DNA of 64,000 nt from Gemmatimonas sp. (GCA_965279375.1 OZ257156.1:96001-160000), one strand, 5' to 3'; shown: positions 19,879 to 31,600, counted from the first letter of the stretch. Numbers and translations are program-made. The notes: a model not told the origin generated them from the letters alone.

Positions 19879-20957
19879 CGGCTCCACCGAAAGTGGCTGA
19901 TTACAGGAAAGTGATCGCTGGTCGTGCGCCGATAGTTCGGCAGAAAGCGATCGACTCGGTACACCTCGATGGAGTTGGAGAGCTCCAGACCGGCGAGGGC
20001 ACGTGACGCCAAGTGATGATCAATCATTTCCCGGAAGGTGGCAGTACTCGAGACATTGCGTGCGGAGAGCGGCGCGGTGAGAAAGCGAAAGTGTTCGCGA
20101 TCTTCACCAATCATGGCGTATGGCGAGGGCTGGCCACGGGTGACCGACCGATCGACATCGTCATTGAAATCACCGACCACCAGCACGCGTGCTGCGGACA
20201 ATTCTTCGCGAACATACTGCTGCAGCGCCGCCGCCGCACGCGAGCGCCGATTCCAGCTGCTCTGATCGGCACTCGCCTTCATGTGCAGCACGATCAGCAC
20301 CAGGTCGCCCGTACGTCCGTCGAGCTTGACCCGAAAGCGCACCTGCAGCGGCGGTCGACCGGCAAAGTCATCGTTGAACTGCGGCAGAATCACTTTGGCA
20401 TCGCGGAGCGTCACGAGCCCTCGTTTGAACAGCACACCAACCTTCTGCTCGGTCGCGCTGTAGTACGACGCCCGGCTGGTCACGGGCCCCTCGTTGGCGA
20501 GAAAGCCGTCGTACCCGGGGAGCGCCGCCTTCAGCCGAGCCCACGCACCCATGTCTACGACCTCGGCGACGCCCCAGATGTCCACGTCGGTCCCCAGGAT
20601 CACGTCGCGGACGTTGTCTCCCTGCTGCCGGTCGTTGTCGGGGGCGTGCGTCGGGTCGCCGAACCACTCGATGTTCCAACTCGCGACATCGAGGGTGCTG
20701 TCGCTGCCGCGCGAAAGCACGGTTGACGGGCCTCGTGTCTGCCTGGGGCGTCCGGGCTCCGCCTGGGTGGTCGACCCGCCCTGCGGGGCCGGCGGAGCAA
20801 AGTCCCCACGAACGACCGCCTTGGGCTTCGAATCTGCGCCGCACGCGATCGCGGCGAGCAGCAGCCCCAAGCGTGCATGGGCCAGGGACCGTCGGGCGTG
20901 GCGAAGGGAATGGCTGGGAATGAGGATGTCTCCACGAAGTGAACTGATCGGCGGCAA
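19875..20957 (-). CDS. Endonuclease/exonuclease/phosphatase family protein, possible lipoprotein
   Basis: ASWNIEWF, VLHMKA, VGDFND, IDH and SDHFPV motifs; LAAIAC lipobox-like segment. Start uncertain. Confidence 0.85.
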   Translation of the reverse strand: MPPISSLRGDILIPSHSLRHARRSLAHARLGLLLAAIACGADSKPKAVVRGDFAPPAPQGGSTTQAEPGRPRQTRGPSTVLSRGSDSTLDVASWNIEWFGDPTHAPDNDRQQGDNVRDVILGTDVDIWGVAEVVDMGAWARLKAALPGYDGFLANEGPVTSRASYYSATEQKVGVLFKRGLVTLRDAKVILPQFNDDFAGRPPLQVRFRVKLDGRTGDLVLIVLHMKASADQSSWNRRSRAAAALQQYVREELSAARVLVVGDFNDDVDRSVTRGQPSPYAMIGEDREHFRFLTAPLSARNVSSTATFREMIDHHLASRALAGLELSNSIEVYRVDRFLPNYRRTTSDHFPVISHFRWSR

Positions 20958-21087
20958 TGTCAGGCGAAGTAAAGTGTATCGCTGGACGAGCCGAGGTTCA
21001 GCCCCGAGATTTCACTGATGCAGCGGGCAGGGCGAAGCTACCGGACGTCGGAGCTCGTCGTGCGCTGTCCCACCCCGAGGAACCGCG

Positions 21088-21591
21088 ATGAAGCTTCGCC
21101 TGAAAGTGAACGGTCAGGCCAAAACGGCCGACGTTCCCGCCGACATGCCTTTGCTCTGGGCACTGCGTGACGTGCTCGACATGAAGGGAACCAAGTTCGG
21201 TTGCGGTGCCGCACAGTGCGGCGCGTGCACGGTGCACATCGACGGCAAGCCGAAACGCTCCTGCCAGGTGACGGCGGCTTCCGTGCAGGGCACGGAGATC
21301 ACCACCATCGAAGGGCTCTCGCCGGATGGGACGCACGCGCTGCAGCAGGCGTGGGAAGAGCTCGACGTGCCGCAGTGTGGCTACTGTCAGGCGGGCCAAC
21401 TCATGTCCGCCGCCGCGCTCCTCGCCAAGACGCCCAAGCCCACCGACGCCGAAATCGATACGGCGATGAACGGCAACCTCTGTCGCTGCGCCACGTACCT
21501 GCGCATTCGTGCGGCCATTCACCGCGCCGCCGAGATCAAGGCGACGGGCCCGCGTGGCGCGGGTAGCGGCGCACCGGGAGGAGCTCGCTGA
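21088..21591 (+). CDS. iorA: (2Fe-2S)-binding subunit, isoquinoline 1-oxidoreductase alpha-like
   Basis: [20 protein letters not shown] and NLCRC motifs. Confidence 0.9.
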   Translation: MKLRLKVNGQAKTADVPADMPLLWALRDVLDMKGTKFGCGAAQCGACTVHIDGKPKRSCQVTAASVQGTEITTIEGLSPDGTHALQQAWEELDVPQCGYCQAGQLMSAAALLAKTPKPTDAEIDTAMNGNLCRCATYLRIRAAIHRAAEIKATGPRGAGSGAPGGAR

Positions 21592-23852
21592 TGTCCACCA
21601 CGACCAAGAAGCCCGTCGACACGAACGCTGACGCCAAGGCGCCGTTCTCCCGTCGCGATTTCCTGAAGGTCTCCGCCATCGCCGGCGGCGGTGTGCTGCT
21701 CGCCAGCTACTTCGAGCCGCTCTCCGCGCTCGAGCCAGGCGTCGCCGCGCTCGGCGGATCGCGTCTCGCCGACCCGATGCTCAACGCCTTCGTGCGCATC
21801 ACCGCCGACGGCATCGTCACCATCACCGCAAAGAACCCCGAGTGCGGCCAGGGCATCAAGACGATGCTGCCGATGCTCATCGCGGAAGAGTTGGACGTGG
21901 ACTGGAAGAACGTCCGCATCGAGCAGGGCAACTACGATCCCGTGAAGTTCACGGCGCAGGTGGCCGGCGGCAGCACCGCCACGCCGACCAACTGGTTGCC
22001 GCAGCGCCGCGTCGGTGCCGCCGCACGTGCCATGCTGGTGGCGGCCGCCGCGCAGCAGTGGAACGTCCCCGCCTCCGAGTGCGAAACGTCCATGGGCGTC
22101 GTGAAGCACACGCCGAGCGGTCGCACGCTGACGTACGGCGCGCTGGCGACGGCGGCCGCGTCCATCGCCGCGCCCGATCTCGCGACGGTGAAGCTCAAGG
22201 ACCCGAAGGATTTCAAGATCATCGGCACCAAGGTCAAGAACGTCGACGTGAAGGCGATCGTGACCGGCAAGCCGCTCTTCGGTATCGACGTGTCGGTGCC
22301 GGGGATGCTCTACGCGTCGTTCGTGAAGGCGCCGGTGTTCGGCGCCAAGGTTGCCACGGCCAACGTCGATGAGCTCAAGAAGCTGCCGGGCGTCAAGCAC
22401 GCGTTCATCGTCAACGGCGAGACGGCACTGAATGGCTTGCTGGGCGGCGTGGCGATCGTGGCCGACACGTGGTGGACCACGCAGACGGCGCGCAACAAGC
22501 TCAAGGTCACCTGGGCGGAGCATCCCACGTCGGCGCAGAGCACGGCCAGCTACAACGCCAAGGCCGCCGAACTCGCCGCGCAGCCGCCGCAGCGCTCCAT
22601 CCGCAAGGACGGCGACGCTGACGCTGCGATGGCGAGCGGCAAGAGCGTGAAGGGCTCGTACTACTATCCGTTCATCGCGCACGCACCGCTCGAGCCGCAG
22701 AACTGCACGGCGAGCTATGCCAACGGCGCACTCGAGATCTGGGCGCCCACGCAGAATCCCGCTCCAGGTCGCGCCCTCGTCGCCAAGACGCTTGGCCTGA
22801 AGGAAGACGCCATCACGGTGTACATGACGCGTTGCGGTGGTGGCTTCGGTCGTCGCCTGAGCAACGACTACATGGTCGAAGCGGCGTGGATCGCGAAGGA
22901 GATCGGCGCGCCGGTCAAGCTGTTGTGGACGCGTGAAGACGACATGCAGCACGACATGTATCGCCCCGCAGGCTGGCACAATCTCGCCGGTGCGGTCGAT
23001 GCAAGCGGCAAGCTGACGGCGTGGCAGAATCACTTCATCTCGTTCGGTGAAGGCGCCAACTTCGGATCGTCGGCGGGCATCACGGGTGCGGAGTTCCCGG
23101 CCAAGTTCATTCCCAACTTCTCGCTCTCCGCGTCGGTGATGCCGTCGGGCGTGCCGATGGGACCGCTGCGCGCACCGGGCAGCAACGGCATCGCCTTCGC
23201 CACGCAGTCGTTCATCGACGAGTTGGCGCACGCGGCGGGCAAGGATCCGATGCAGTTCCGCATGGACCTGCTGATGAACACGCCCATCGCCGATCCACCG
23301 GCCGCTGACGGTCGCCCCGCGCAGCCCGGCTTCGATGGTCCGCGCATGGCCGCTGTCGTGAAAGAAGTCGCGACGCGCTCCGGCTGGGGCAAGTCGCTCC
23401 CCAAGGGCACGGGCATGGGCATCGCGTTCCACTTCAGCCATCGTGGCTACGTCGCTGAAGTCGTGCAGGCCACGGTGACCAAGGCCGGCAAGTTGACGGT
23501 CGACAAGGTCTGGGCGGTCGCCGATGTCGGCAGCGAGATCATCAACCCACTCGGCGCGGAAACGCAGGTGCAGGGTGCCGTGCTCGATGGTCTCGCGCAA
23601 GCCCTTGGTCAGGAAATCACCTTCGAGAAGGGTGCCGCGGTCGAAGGCAATTTCGACGAATTCCTGCTCCTGACGCACGCACAGGCGGTGCCGGTGGACG
23701 TGTACTTCAAGAAGAGCACGAACGCTCCGACCGGATTGGGCGAGCCGGCGTTGCCGCCAGCGGTACCGGCACTGACCAACGCGATCTTTGCGGCCACGGG
23801 CAAGCGGATTCGCACGCTGCCGCTTTCCAAACACGATCTGAGCTGGAGCTGA
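21591..23852 (+). CDS. iorB: Molybdopterin-binding subunit, xanthine dehydrogenase family (IorB-like), Tat-exported
   Basis: Tat motif SRRDFLK; ECGQG, GGGFGRR, LRAPG and GLGEPALPP motifs. Confidence 0.9.
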   Translation: MSTTTKKPVDTNADAKAPFSRRDFLKVSAIAGGGVLLASYFEPLSALEPGVAALGGSRLADPMLNAFVRITADGIVTITAKNPECGQGIKTMLPMLIAEELDVDWKNVRIEQGNYDPVKFTAQVAGGSTATPTNWLPQRRVGAAARAMLVAAAAQQWNVPASECETSMGVVKHTPSGRTLTYGALATAAASIAAPDLATVKLKDPKDFKIIGTKVKNVDVKAIVTGKPLFGIDVSVPGMLYASFVKAPVFGAKVATANVDELKKLPGVKHAFIVNGETALNGLLGGVAIVADTWWTTQTARNKLKVTWAEHPTSAQSTASYNAKAAELAAQPPQRSIRKDGDADAAMASGKSVKGSYYYPFIAHAPLEPQNCTASYANGALEIWAPTQNPAPGRALVAKTLGLKEDAITVYMTRCGGGFGRRLSNDYMVEAAWIAKEIGAPVKLLWTREDDMQHDMYRPAGWHNLAGAVDASGKLTAWQNHFISFGEGANFGSSAGITGAEFPAKFIPNFSLSASVMPSGVPMGPLRAPGSNGIAFATQSFIDELAHAAGKDPMQFRMDLLMNTPIADPPAADGRPAQPGFDGPRMAAVVKEVATRSGWGKSLPKGTGMGIAFHFSHRGYVAEVVQATVTKAGKLTVDKVWAVADVGSEIINPLGAETQVQGAVLDGLAQALGQEITFEKGAAVEGNFDEFLLLTHAQAVPVDVYFKKSTNAPTGLGEPALPPAVPALTNAIFAATGKRIRTLPLSKHDLSWS

Positions 23853-23871
23853 TCTCGTGCGTACATCGAAC

Positions 23872-24948
23872 ATGCGTGTTTCGTTGACGTCTACGCTGTT
23901 CCTCACCGCCGCCGTTGCGTTCGTCGCAACGGCGGCGGTGCCGCGTGGTGCCTTTGCACAATCGAGTGCGACGATGGCGCCCACCAACGACGCGCCCAAT
24001 GCGTACCGCACCATCGAAGGGTGGGCGAAGCTGCCCGCCGGACGCACGTGGGGATCAACCAGCGCCGTCGCGATCGACAAGGACGGCAAGCATATCTGGG
24101 TGGGCGAGCGGTGCGGCGTGAACAGCTGCGCGACATCGACGCTCGACCCGATCCTCAAGTTCGATATGGCCGGGAACCTGGTGAAGTCGTTCGGCGCGGG
24201 CATGTTGCTCTCGCCGCACGGCATGCACGTCGACGCGCAGGGGAACGTGTGGGCGGTGGATTGCGCGTGCACTGGTGGCGTACCGGCGGGCGACAGCGCT
24301 GGCCCCAAGCGCGGCCACCAGATCTACAAGTTCAGCCCCGATGGCAAGCTGCTGATGACGTTGGGTACCGCTGGTGGCGGTCGCGACGCGGAATTCTTCT
24401 TCCAGCCCAACGCGGTGCTCGTCGCCCCCAACGGCGACATCTTCGTGGCCGAGGGGCATTCGTCGCGCAACACGTCCAACGCACGCGTGCTCAAGTTCTC
24501 CCCCGATGGAAAGCTGCTCAAGCAGTGGGGCAGCTGGGGTACGGGCGCGACGCAGATGGATCAGCCGCATGCGCTGGCCATGGACAGCAAGGGACGGTTA
24601 TTCGTTGGTGACCGTGGCAACGATCGCATCCAGATCTACGATCAGAACGGCACGCTGCTCGACACGTGGTATCAGTTCAGCCGGCCAAGCGGCATCTGGA
24701 TCGACAAGAACGACAACATCTACGTGGCCGATTCGGAATCGGGCTCGGTGGCGCCGCCGCACGCCGCGTGGAAGCGCGGCATTCGCATCGGCAGCGCGCG
24801 CACGGGCAAGGTGACGGGCTTCATCCCCGACCCCGAGGAGAAGCCGCGCAGCACCAGCTCGGCGGAGGGTGTCGCGGTGGACGCGGCCGGCAACATCTAT
24901 GGCGCGGAAGTCGGACAGAAGGCGCTCAAGCGCTACGAGAAGAAGTAG
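23872..24948 (+). CDS. Secreted NHL-repeat beta-propeller (peptidyl-alpha-hydroxyglycine lyase-like)
   Basis: Signal peptide and NHL repeats (PHGMHVD, QPNAVLVAPNGDIFVAEG, PHALAMDSKGRLFVGDRGNDRIQ). Confidence 0.85.
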   Translation: MRVSLTSTLFLTAAVAFVATAAVPRGAFAQSSATMAPTNDAPNAYRTIEGWAKLPAGRTWGSTSAVAIDKDGKHIWVGERCGVNSCATSTLDPILKFDMAGNLVKSFGAGMLLSPHGMHVDAQGNVWAVDCACTGGVPAGDSAGPKRGHQIYKFSPDGKLLMTLGTAGGGRDAEFFFQPNAVLVAPNGDIFVAEGHSSRNTSNARVLKFSPDGKLLKQWGSWGTGATQMDQPHALAMDSKGRLFVGDRGNDRIQIYDQNGTLLDTWYQFSRPSGIWIDKNDNIYVADSESGSVAPPHAAWKRGIRIGSARTGKVTGFIPDPEEKPRSTSSAEGVAVDAAGNIYGAEVGQKALKRYEKK

Positions 24949-24956
24949 CGCTCGAG

Positions 24957-26186
24957 ATGCCGGAAGACGCAGTGCGACTGTTCGACCGCGACACGTTCAA
25001 CGCGTTCTGCCGTCATACGCACGTCGCACTCGACGGCGCGAGCGATGGACCGCTGGCCGGGCTTAGGTTCGGCCTCAAGGACCTGTACGACATCGCAGGC
25101 TACAAGACCGGCTTCGGCAGTCCGGATTGGCTCCGCACACACGACGCGGCAACGGCGACCGCCTCCGTGGCAACGCGACTGCTCGCGGCCGGCGCGTCGA
25201 TGATTGGCAAGACGCACACGGAAGAAATGGCGTTCAGTCTCACCGGCGAAAGCGCGCACTACGGCACGCCGATCAACCCCGCCGCTCCCAATCGCATTCC
25301 CGGCGGCTCGTCGAGTGGCTCGGCGTCAGCTGTCGCTGGTGGCCTCGTCGATTTCGCAATCGGCAGCGACACCGGCGGATCGGTGCGCGGGCCCGCCAGC
25401 TTCTGCGGCGTGTACGGCATTCGCCCCACGCACGGACGCATCGCCATGGACGGCGCTGCGCCGCTCGCTCCAGCGTTCGATACGTGCGGATGGTTTGCGC
25501 GCGACGCTCACATGCTCGCACGTGTGGGACGCGTCCTGTTGGCCGCACCGGGAGCAGGTATGGGCGACGCCCCTGCGGCGGCGGTACCGCGTGCCGGCGC
25601 CAGAGGGCGACTGCTATTGGCGACAGATGCGTTCGCGGCCGCGCTGCCCGGAGTCGCCGAGGCGCTCGCACCTGCAGTTGCGCGCGTGACGACGCTGCTG
25701 GGACCCGCGCACGACGTCACCGTCAGCGACGCCGGGCTCGCTGCGTGGTTCGATGTCTTCCGCACGTTGCAATTCGCCGATATTCGTGACGCGCATGGCG
25801 AGTGGGTCTCACGCGTGCACCCGACGTTCGGCCCGCAGATTCAGCCGCGATTTGACGCAGTGATGGCACTCGACGCGTCGCTCGTTCCCCCAGCGCAGGC
25901 GCAGCGCGCAGCCATTCGTTCACGTCTCGACGCGTTGCTTGCCGACCACGCGGTGTTGATGCTGCCCACGATGCCGGACATCGCACCGTTGCTGCACGCC
26001 TCGCCCAGCGAGACGGTCGCGTTCCGCGAGCGCTCACTCGGTTTGCTGTGCATCGCCGGACTCGGTGGCTTGCCGCAAATCACCCTACCCTTCGCCACGC
26101 ACCAAGGCTGCCCCATCGGCCTTTCGCTGATCGCGGCGCGTGGCAACGACGAGATGCTGCTGGAAATCGCGACGGCGCTCGGCTGA
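24957..26186 (+). CDS. Amidase signature family amidase
   Basis: KDLYD, PGGSSSGSA and GSDTGGSVRGPA motifs. Start ATG 24957; the ORF-track extension overlaps the NHL gene. Confidence 0.92.
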   Translation: MPEDAVRLFDRDTFNAFCRHTHVALDGASDGPLAGLRFGLKDLYDIAGYKTGFGSPDWLRTHDAATATASVATRLLAAGASMIGKTHTEEMAFSLTGESAHYGTPINPAAPNRIPGGSSSGSASAVAGGLVDFAIGSDTGGSVRGPASFCGVYGIRPTHGRIAMDGAAPLAPAFDTCGWFARDAHMLARVGRVLLAAPGAGMGDAPAAAVPRAGARGRLLLATDAFAAALPGVAEALAPAVARVTTLLGPAHDVTVSDAGLAAWFDVFRTLQFADIRDAHGEWVSRVHPTFGPQIQPRFDAVMALDASLVPPAQAQRAAIRSRLDALLADHAVLMLPTMPDIAPLLHASPSETVAFRERSLGLLCIAGLGGLPQITLPFATHQGCPIGLSLIAARGNDEMLLEIATALG

Positions 26187-26211
26187 GCGCACGAACGCGC
26201 GCGACGACCGC

Positions 26212-28485
26212 TTACGCCAAATGCATCCGCTCGAGGAGCGCGATGAACCGCGGCTCCCCGCGCAGCGGATCGTAGAGCGGGCGCACGCCCAGCCACACCA
26301 GGTCGGACGCGCGCGCCTCGCACGCTTCTTCCAACAGCTCGAGTGCGCGCGTGTTCTGACCCAACCCGAGGCGCACCTGCGCGCGATGCGTGGGCGAGAC
26401 GTACTCGGTCAGCGCGCGACGATCCAAACCGCGCGCGATCTCGTCGGCACGCACGACTTCGCCGGCGCGGCCCAGTGCATGTCCCAACAGTGCGACCGTC
26501 TCGCTGCTGCCGTTGGAGTGCGTCACGGCTAGTTCGGCGTGCTCGAGCGCCTGCGCGTCACGCCCCAGCTGCGTCAGCGCCTGCGAGAGGAAGTAGTGCG
26601 CGGGCGCAAAGTTGACATCCAGGTCGAGCACCGTCTGCGCGGCCTCGACGGCGCGGTCGTAGCGGCGCGCGTAGAGCAGCACGCTGCACAGCGTCACGCG
26701 CAGCAACGGCGACAGCGGATCCAGCATCAGCGCCCGCTGCATGGCGCGGATCGCTTCGTCCACACGGCGCGCCGGGATAAGCGTCATGATCGCCAGCCCC
26801 TGATATGCTGCCGGCAGCATCGGGTTGATGCCCAGCGCATGGCGGAACATCGATTCGGCAGCGGCACGATCCCAGTCATGCGCCGCGGATACCGTGGCCA
26901 GTGCCACGCGTGCATCGGCCAGCCCTGCGTCGAGTTGCAACGCATGTTCGGCTGCCGTACGCGCTTCACGCATGGCGTGTGCTGGTGCGGCCTGCCCATA
27001 GATCGCCTGCGTGACCCACGCATCGGCAATCCCGGCGAGCGCGGGCGCGTACGATGGATCGAGTTTCAGCGCATCCTGGAAGCATTCGATCGCGCGCCGC
27101 ATGCCTTCCGCCGTGCGACGATTCCCGAAAAACCGGCCACGCAGAAACGTTTCGTACACCTCGAGACCTGGCGGCGGCGCAGGATCGACCGTGGGCAACG
27201 TGCTCGGCATCAGCGTCGTATGCAGCGCATTCGCCACCGACGCGCCGATCTCCTCCTGAATCGCAAACACGTCCGATACCTGCCGATCGTAGCGATCGGA
27301 CCAGCGCAGGAATCCATCGCGCGCGTTGATCAGCTGCACACTCACCCGCAGTCGGTCCGCGGCGCGGCGCACACTGCCCGTGACGACATTCTGCACGCCG
27401 AGTCGCTGCGCAACGGTACGGACATCGTCCTGCGACGCGCGCATCGCAAAGGACGACTGCCGTGCGCAAACGCGAATCGTGCGCCGCCGCGAGAGCGCGG
27501 TGAGAATCTCTTCGGCGATGCCGTCGGAGAGATACTCGTTGTTGGCGTCGCCGCTCAGGTTCTCGAAGGGCAGCACGGCGAGCGACGGCGTGGCGGCCGT
27601 TTCTCCGACGATGCGAATCGATCCGGTGCTGTGTGCTCCTGATCGCCATGCCGCCGTGAGCGCGTCTTCAAACTCGCCGGCGCTCGCGTAGCGGTCATCG
27701 GGATTGCTGGCGAGCGCACGACCGAGCACGCGATCGATCTCGACGCTGATTTCGGGGCGCACGGCCCTCGCCGACGGCGGCGTGGGAAGGAATCGCTTGG
27801 CGAGCATCTCGCGCGGAGTCGCGCCCGCGAAGATTGGCTCACCCACGAGCATCTCGTACAACACCACCGCGAGGCTGTAGATGTCGCTGCGGCTATCGAT
27901 CGTCGGCTCGCCCAGCGCCTGCTCGGGGCTCATGTACGCGAGCGTACCGACGATCAGCCCGACGCGCGTCTGATCTTCGGTAATCGCGGTGGACGACGAC
28001 ATCGCCTTGGCCACACCGAAATCCGCCACGAGCGCGTGCTTGCCGGAAAGGAGGATGTTGGCCGGCTTGATGTCGCGGTGAATGACGCCGTGCGCGTGCG
28101 CGTAGGCCAACGCGTCGGCGACTTCGATGGCAATCGGCAACGCGTCCGCCACGGACAGGCGCGACTCGCGCGCCAGCCGGTCCTTGAGCGTCTCGCCGTC
28201 CACGAACGGCATGACGTAGTAGGGCATCCCCAGCGCTTCGCCGGAGTCGAGCAACGGCAGAATGTGCGGGTGGGAGAAGCGGGCGGTGACCCCGATCTCG
28301 CGCAGAAAGCGCTCGGCGCCCTGCTCCATCACGGTGTCGTGCATGATCTTGAGCGCGACGTTCCGCTGGTGCTTGAGGTCCACCACCAGATACACCGCGG
28401 CCATGCCGCCCACCGCGATTTCCCGTTCGACGCGGTACCGCGCGGCGAGCGCCTGCCGCAGGGCCTCATCCCGGTTCATGGTCAC
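26212..28485 (-). CDS. Hanks-type Ser/Thr protein kinase with TolB-like and TPR domains
   Basis: VALK, HRDIKPANIL, DFG and YMSPEQ motifs; SLAVLPFENLS domain; TPR-like C-terminus. Confidence 0.93.
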   Translation of the reverse strand: MTMNRDEALRQALAARYRVEREIAVGGMAAVYLVVDLKHQRNVALKIMHDTVMEQGAERFLREIGVTARFSHPHILPLLDSGEALGMPYYVMPFVDGETLKDRLARESRLSVADALPIAIEVADALAYAHAHGVIHRDIKPANILLSGKHALVADFGVAKAMSSSTAITEDQTRVGLIVGTLAYMSPEQALGEPTIDSRSDIYSLAVVLYEMLVGEPIFAGATPREMLAKRFLPTPPSARAVRPEISVEIDRVLGRALASNPDDRYASAGEFEDALTAAWRSGAHSTGSIRIVGETAATPSLAVLPFENLSGDANNEYLSDGIAEEILTALSRRRTIRVCARQSSFAMRASQDDVRTVAQRLGVQNVVTGSVRRAADRLRVSVQLINARDGFLRWSDRYDRQVSDVFAIQEEIGASVANALHTTLMPSTLPTVDPAPPPGLEVYETFLRGRFFGNRRTAEGMRRAIECFQDALKLDPSYAPALAGIADAWVTQAIYGQAAPAHAMREARTAAEHALQLDAGLADARVALATVSAAHDWDRAAAESMFRHALGINPMLPAAYQGLAIMTLIPARRVDEAIRAMQRALMLDPLSPLLRVTLCSVLLYARRYDRAVEAAQTVLDLDVNFAPAHYFLSQALTQLGRDAQALEHAELAVTHSNGSSETVALLGHALGRAGEVVRADEIARGLDRRALTEYVSPTHRAQVRLGLGQNTRALELLEEACEARASDLVWLGVRPLYDPLRGEPRFIALLERMHLA

Positions 28486-28640
28486 GCCAACGCGTGGAGC
28501 GCGCGCACGCGCGATTTGGACGCAGTCTTCACAAGAGAGAAGCTAGCGTCTCCGACTGTCTGCGCACACCTTTGTGGGGCTTGGACCTGTCGCTCCAACG
28601 CCGTGCGGCGGGCTGGCCGCGACCTCTGGAGAACGCTCGT

Positions 28641-31600
28641 ATGCAGTGCTCGAAGTGCGGAACGAAGAACTCGACCATGGCCAGGTTCTGCACCGAGTGC
28701 GGAAACGCCCTCGGAGTCCCCTGTACCGCATGCGGGTTCGGAAACCCACCGGAAGCAAAGCGCTGCGGCGGATGCGGCACCGCGCTGCAGGCGGCCCCCC
28801 GCGCCGAAGCCGAACGGCGGCAGCTGACCGTCTTCTTCGTGGACCTGGTCGGCTCCACGGCGATGTCGGAGGCGTGGGACCCGGAAGAGCTGCGCGAGAT
28901 GTACGCGCGCTACCAGACCATCTGCGCCGACATCATCAAACGATACGACGGACACATCGCGCAGTATCTGGGCGACGGCGTGCTGGCGTACTTCGGCTAT
29001 CCCGTCGCGCACGAGGACGACGCGCTCCGCGCGGTGCGGTCCGGACTCGAGATTCTCGCCAGTCTGAGTGACGTCACCCTCGGCGGCGAACACCCGATGG
29101 CCCGCATCGGCATTCACACCGGGCTCGTGGTCGTCGGCGACGTCGGCGGCGGTCAGAAGCAGGAACAGCTCGCGCTGGGCGAGGCGCCCAACATTGCCGC
29201 GCGCGTGCAAGGCGAGGCCGAGCCCAACACGATGCTCGTCAGCGAAGCCACGCGGCGCCTCGTCGCCGGCCACTTCCTGCTCGGCGATCTGGGCCCGAGA
29301 AACCTGAAGGGCATCTCGCGCCCCATTCAGCTGTGGCGCGTACTCGGCATGAGCGATGCGACGAGTCGGTTCGATGCGATGGCCTCGGCGGCGGGGCTCG
29401 CGCCGTTCGTCGGACGTCAGGTCGAGATGGACGTCATTCGCGAAGCGTGGGGACTCGCGTCGCACGGGGAAGGACAGACGCTGCTGGTCCGCGGCGAAGC
29501 GGGCATCGGCAAGTCGCGGCTGCTGGGTGCGGCACGCAACGTCGCGTCCTTGGGTGCGCACGAACGGTTTGAAGCCGAGTGCTCGCCGTACGACAGCAAC
29601 AGCCCGCTGCATCCCGTCGTGCACATGCTCGAACGCCGGCTTGGCTTCGACGCGCAGATGGCCGACACGGAGAAGCTCGATCGCATCGAGGAGTTCGTCG
29701 TGCAGCGCGGCGGACGCACGGGCGAAGCAGTCCCGCTGCTGGCCTCGCTGCTCTCGGTGAATCTGTCGGGGCGCTTTCCGGCCAGCGATCTGCCGCCGGC
29801 CAAGCAGCGGCAGCGCATGCTGCAGGTGCTCGCGGAGTTGCAGTTGCAGGCGCCCGGAGGTGCTCCCACGCTGGTGGTCATTGAAGACCTGCACTGGGCC
29901 GATCCCTCCACGCTCGAACTCGTGGCCGCGCTGGTGTCGCAGCAATCCAAGTCGCGTCTGATGGTTATCGGATCGACGCGTCCGGAATTGCCCGAGCTGT
30001 GGTCGCCCGCACCCAACCGGCGCGAGCTCAAGGTCGAAGCGCTCGCGCGCACGGACATTCGCGCGTTGGTGGCCGGCGTCGCGGGCCCCAAACCGCTGCC
30101 GGACAGCGTGCTCAAGGAGATCGTCGAGCGCACGGGCGGTATCCCGCTCTTCGTGGAGGCGGTCACGCGCACGGTGCTGGAGTCGGGGGTACTCACGGAG
30201 CTGGAGGATCGCTTCGAACTCTCGGGCCCACTGCCGCCGGGGCTCATCCCGTCCACGGTGCACGACTCGTTGATGGCGCGCATCGATCGACTGGGGCCTG
30301 ACAAAGTCATCGCGCAGGTCGCCTCGGTCATCGGGCGCGAGTTCCGCTCCGACCTGCTGTCGCTCGTGACGGGCCGCAGTGGTGCGTCGCTGGAGGGCGC
30401 GCTGCGCCAGCTCATCGATCTCGACCTCGTGTCGCGTACCGGCATCGCGCCAAACTGGACGTACACGTTTAAACATGCGTTGCTGCAGGACGCCGCGTAC
30501 GGCTCGCTGCTCAAGAAGACGTGCCGCGATTACCACGGAAGGATCGCTGACGCGCTCTCCGAACACTTCAGCGAGCTCGTGGAGACGAATCCGGCGCTGT
30601 TGGCTCGCCATCTCGAGGGCGCGGGTCGCGTGAAGGAAGCGGTGCCCGCGTGGATCAAGGCCGGCACAGATGCGGGGCAGCGTTCGGCCATGCAGGAATG
30701 CGTCGCGTATCTCAAGCGCGCCATCACGTTGCTCGAAACGCTGCCGGTGGATGACCCGGATCGTCTCGCGAACGAAACCGTCGCGCAACTGGCCATCGCC
30801 CCGCCGCTGATGGCCACGGCCGGCTGGGGCGCGCGCGAAGTCGAACGCGCCTGCCTGCGCGCCAAGGAGCTGTGCGAGCAGACGGGGAATGGTGAAGGGC
30901 TGTTCGGCGCGATGTGGGGGCTCTGGACCGTGCTCTTCGTGCGCGGCGAGCACGAACGCGCGCTCGAAGCGGCCAAGACGGTGCTCAGCATGGCGATGGC
31001 CGGCGACGTGGGCATCCTGCACGTTGCCGCACGACATGCGATCGGTTTCTCTCACTACTACCTCGGCGAGTTCGCCGAAGCGCGGATGCACGCCGAGAAG
31101 GCGCTCGAGATCTTCTCGCTCGATCAGGAAAAGCTGCTCGTCAGCGTCTTCCAGATTCCGTCTACGGTCTGCTGCCTTTCGTTCCTCACGCAAAGCTTGC
31201 GCTTCCTCGGCTTCCCCGAGCAGGCGCGTGAGCGGCAGCTGCAGCTCGAACAGCTCGTGCGTGATCTCGACAACCCGGCGTGCACTGCCGTAGGGCTCGG
31301 TGTCGGTCAGTACCACTACTTCGACCGGAACGACATCGACACGATTCGCGCGCAGGCCGACCGCGGCTACACGCTGGCCGTCGAAGAGGGGTTCCTGTTC
31401 TGGTCGGCGGCGATGCGCGTGTATCGCGGCTGGTCGCAGGCGCTCACCGGCGAGAGCGAGCGCGGCATCCGCGAAATGGACGAAGGACTGGAAGACGTCT
31501 TCCGCACCAACTCCGGCATCTTCGTGCCGCAGTGGCGCATGATGATGGCGCAGGGGCGGCGCGTGCAGGGCGATCTCCCCGGTGCGCTCAAGCAGATCAA

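Noticed and set aside
21519..24308. 929-aa minus-strand ORF
   Set aside because: Antisense shadow of iorB/NHL in high-GC DNA; no motifs.
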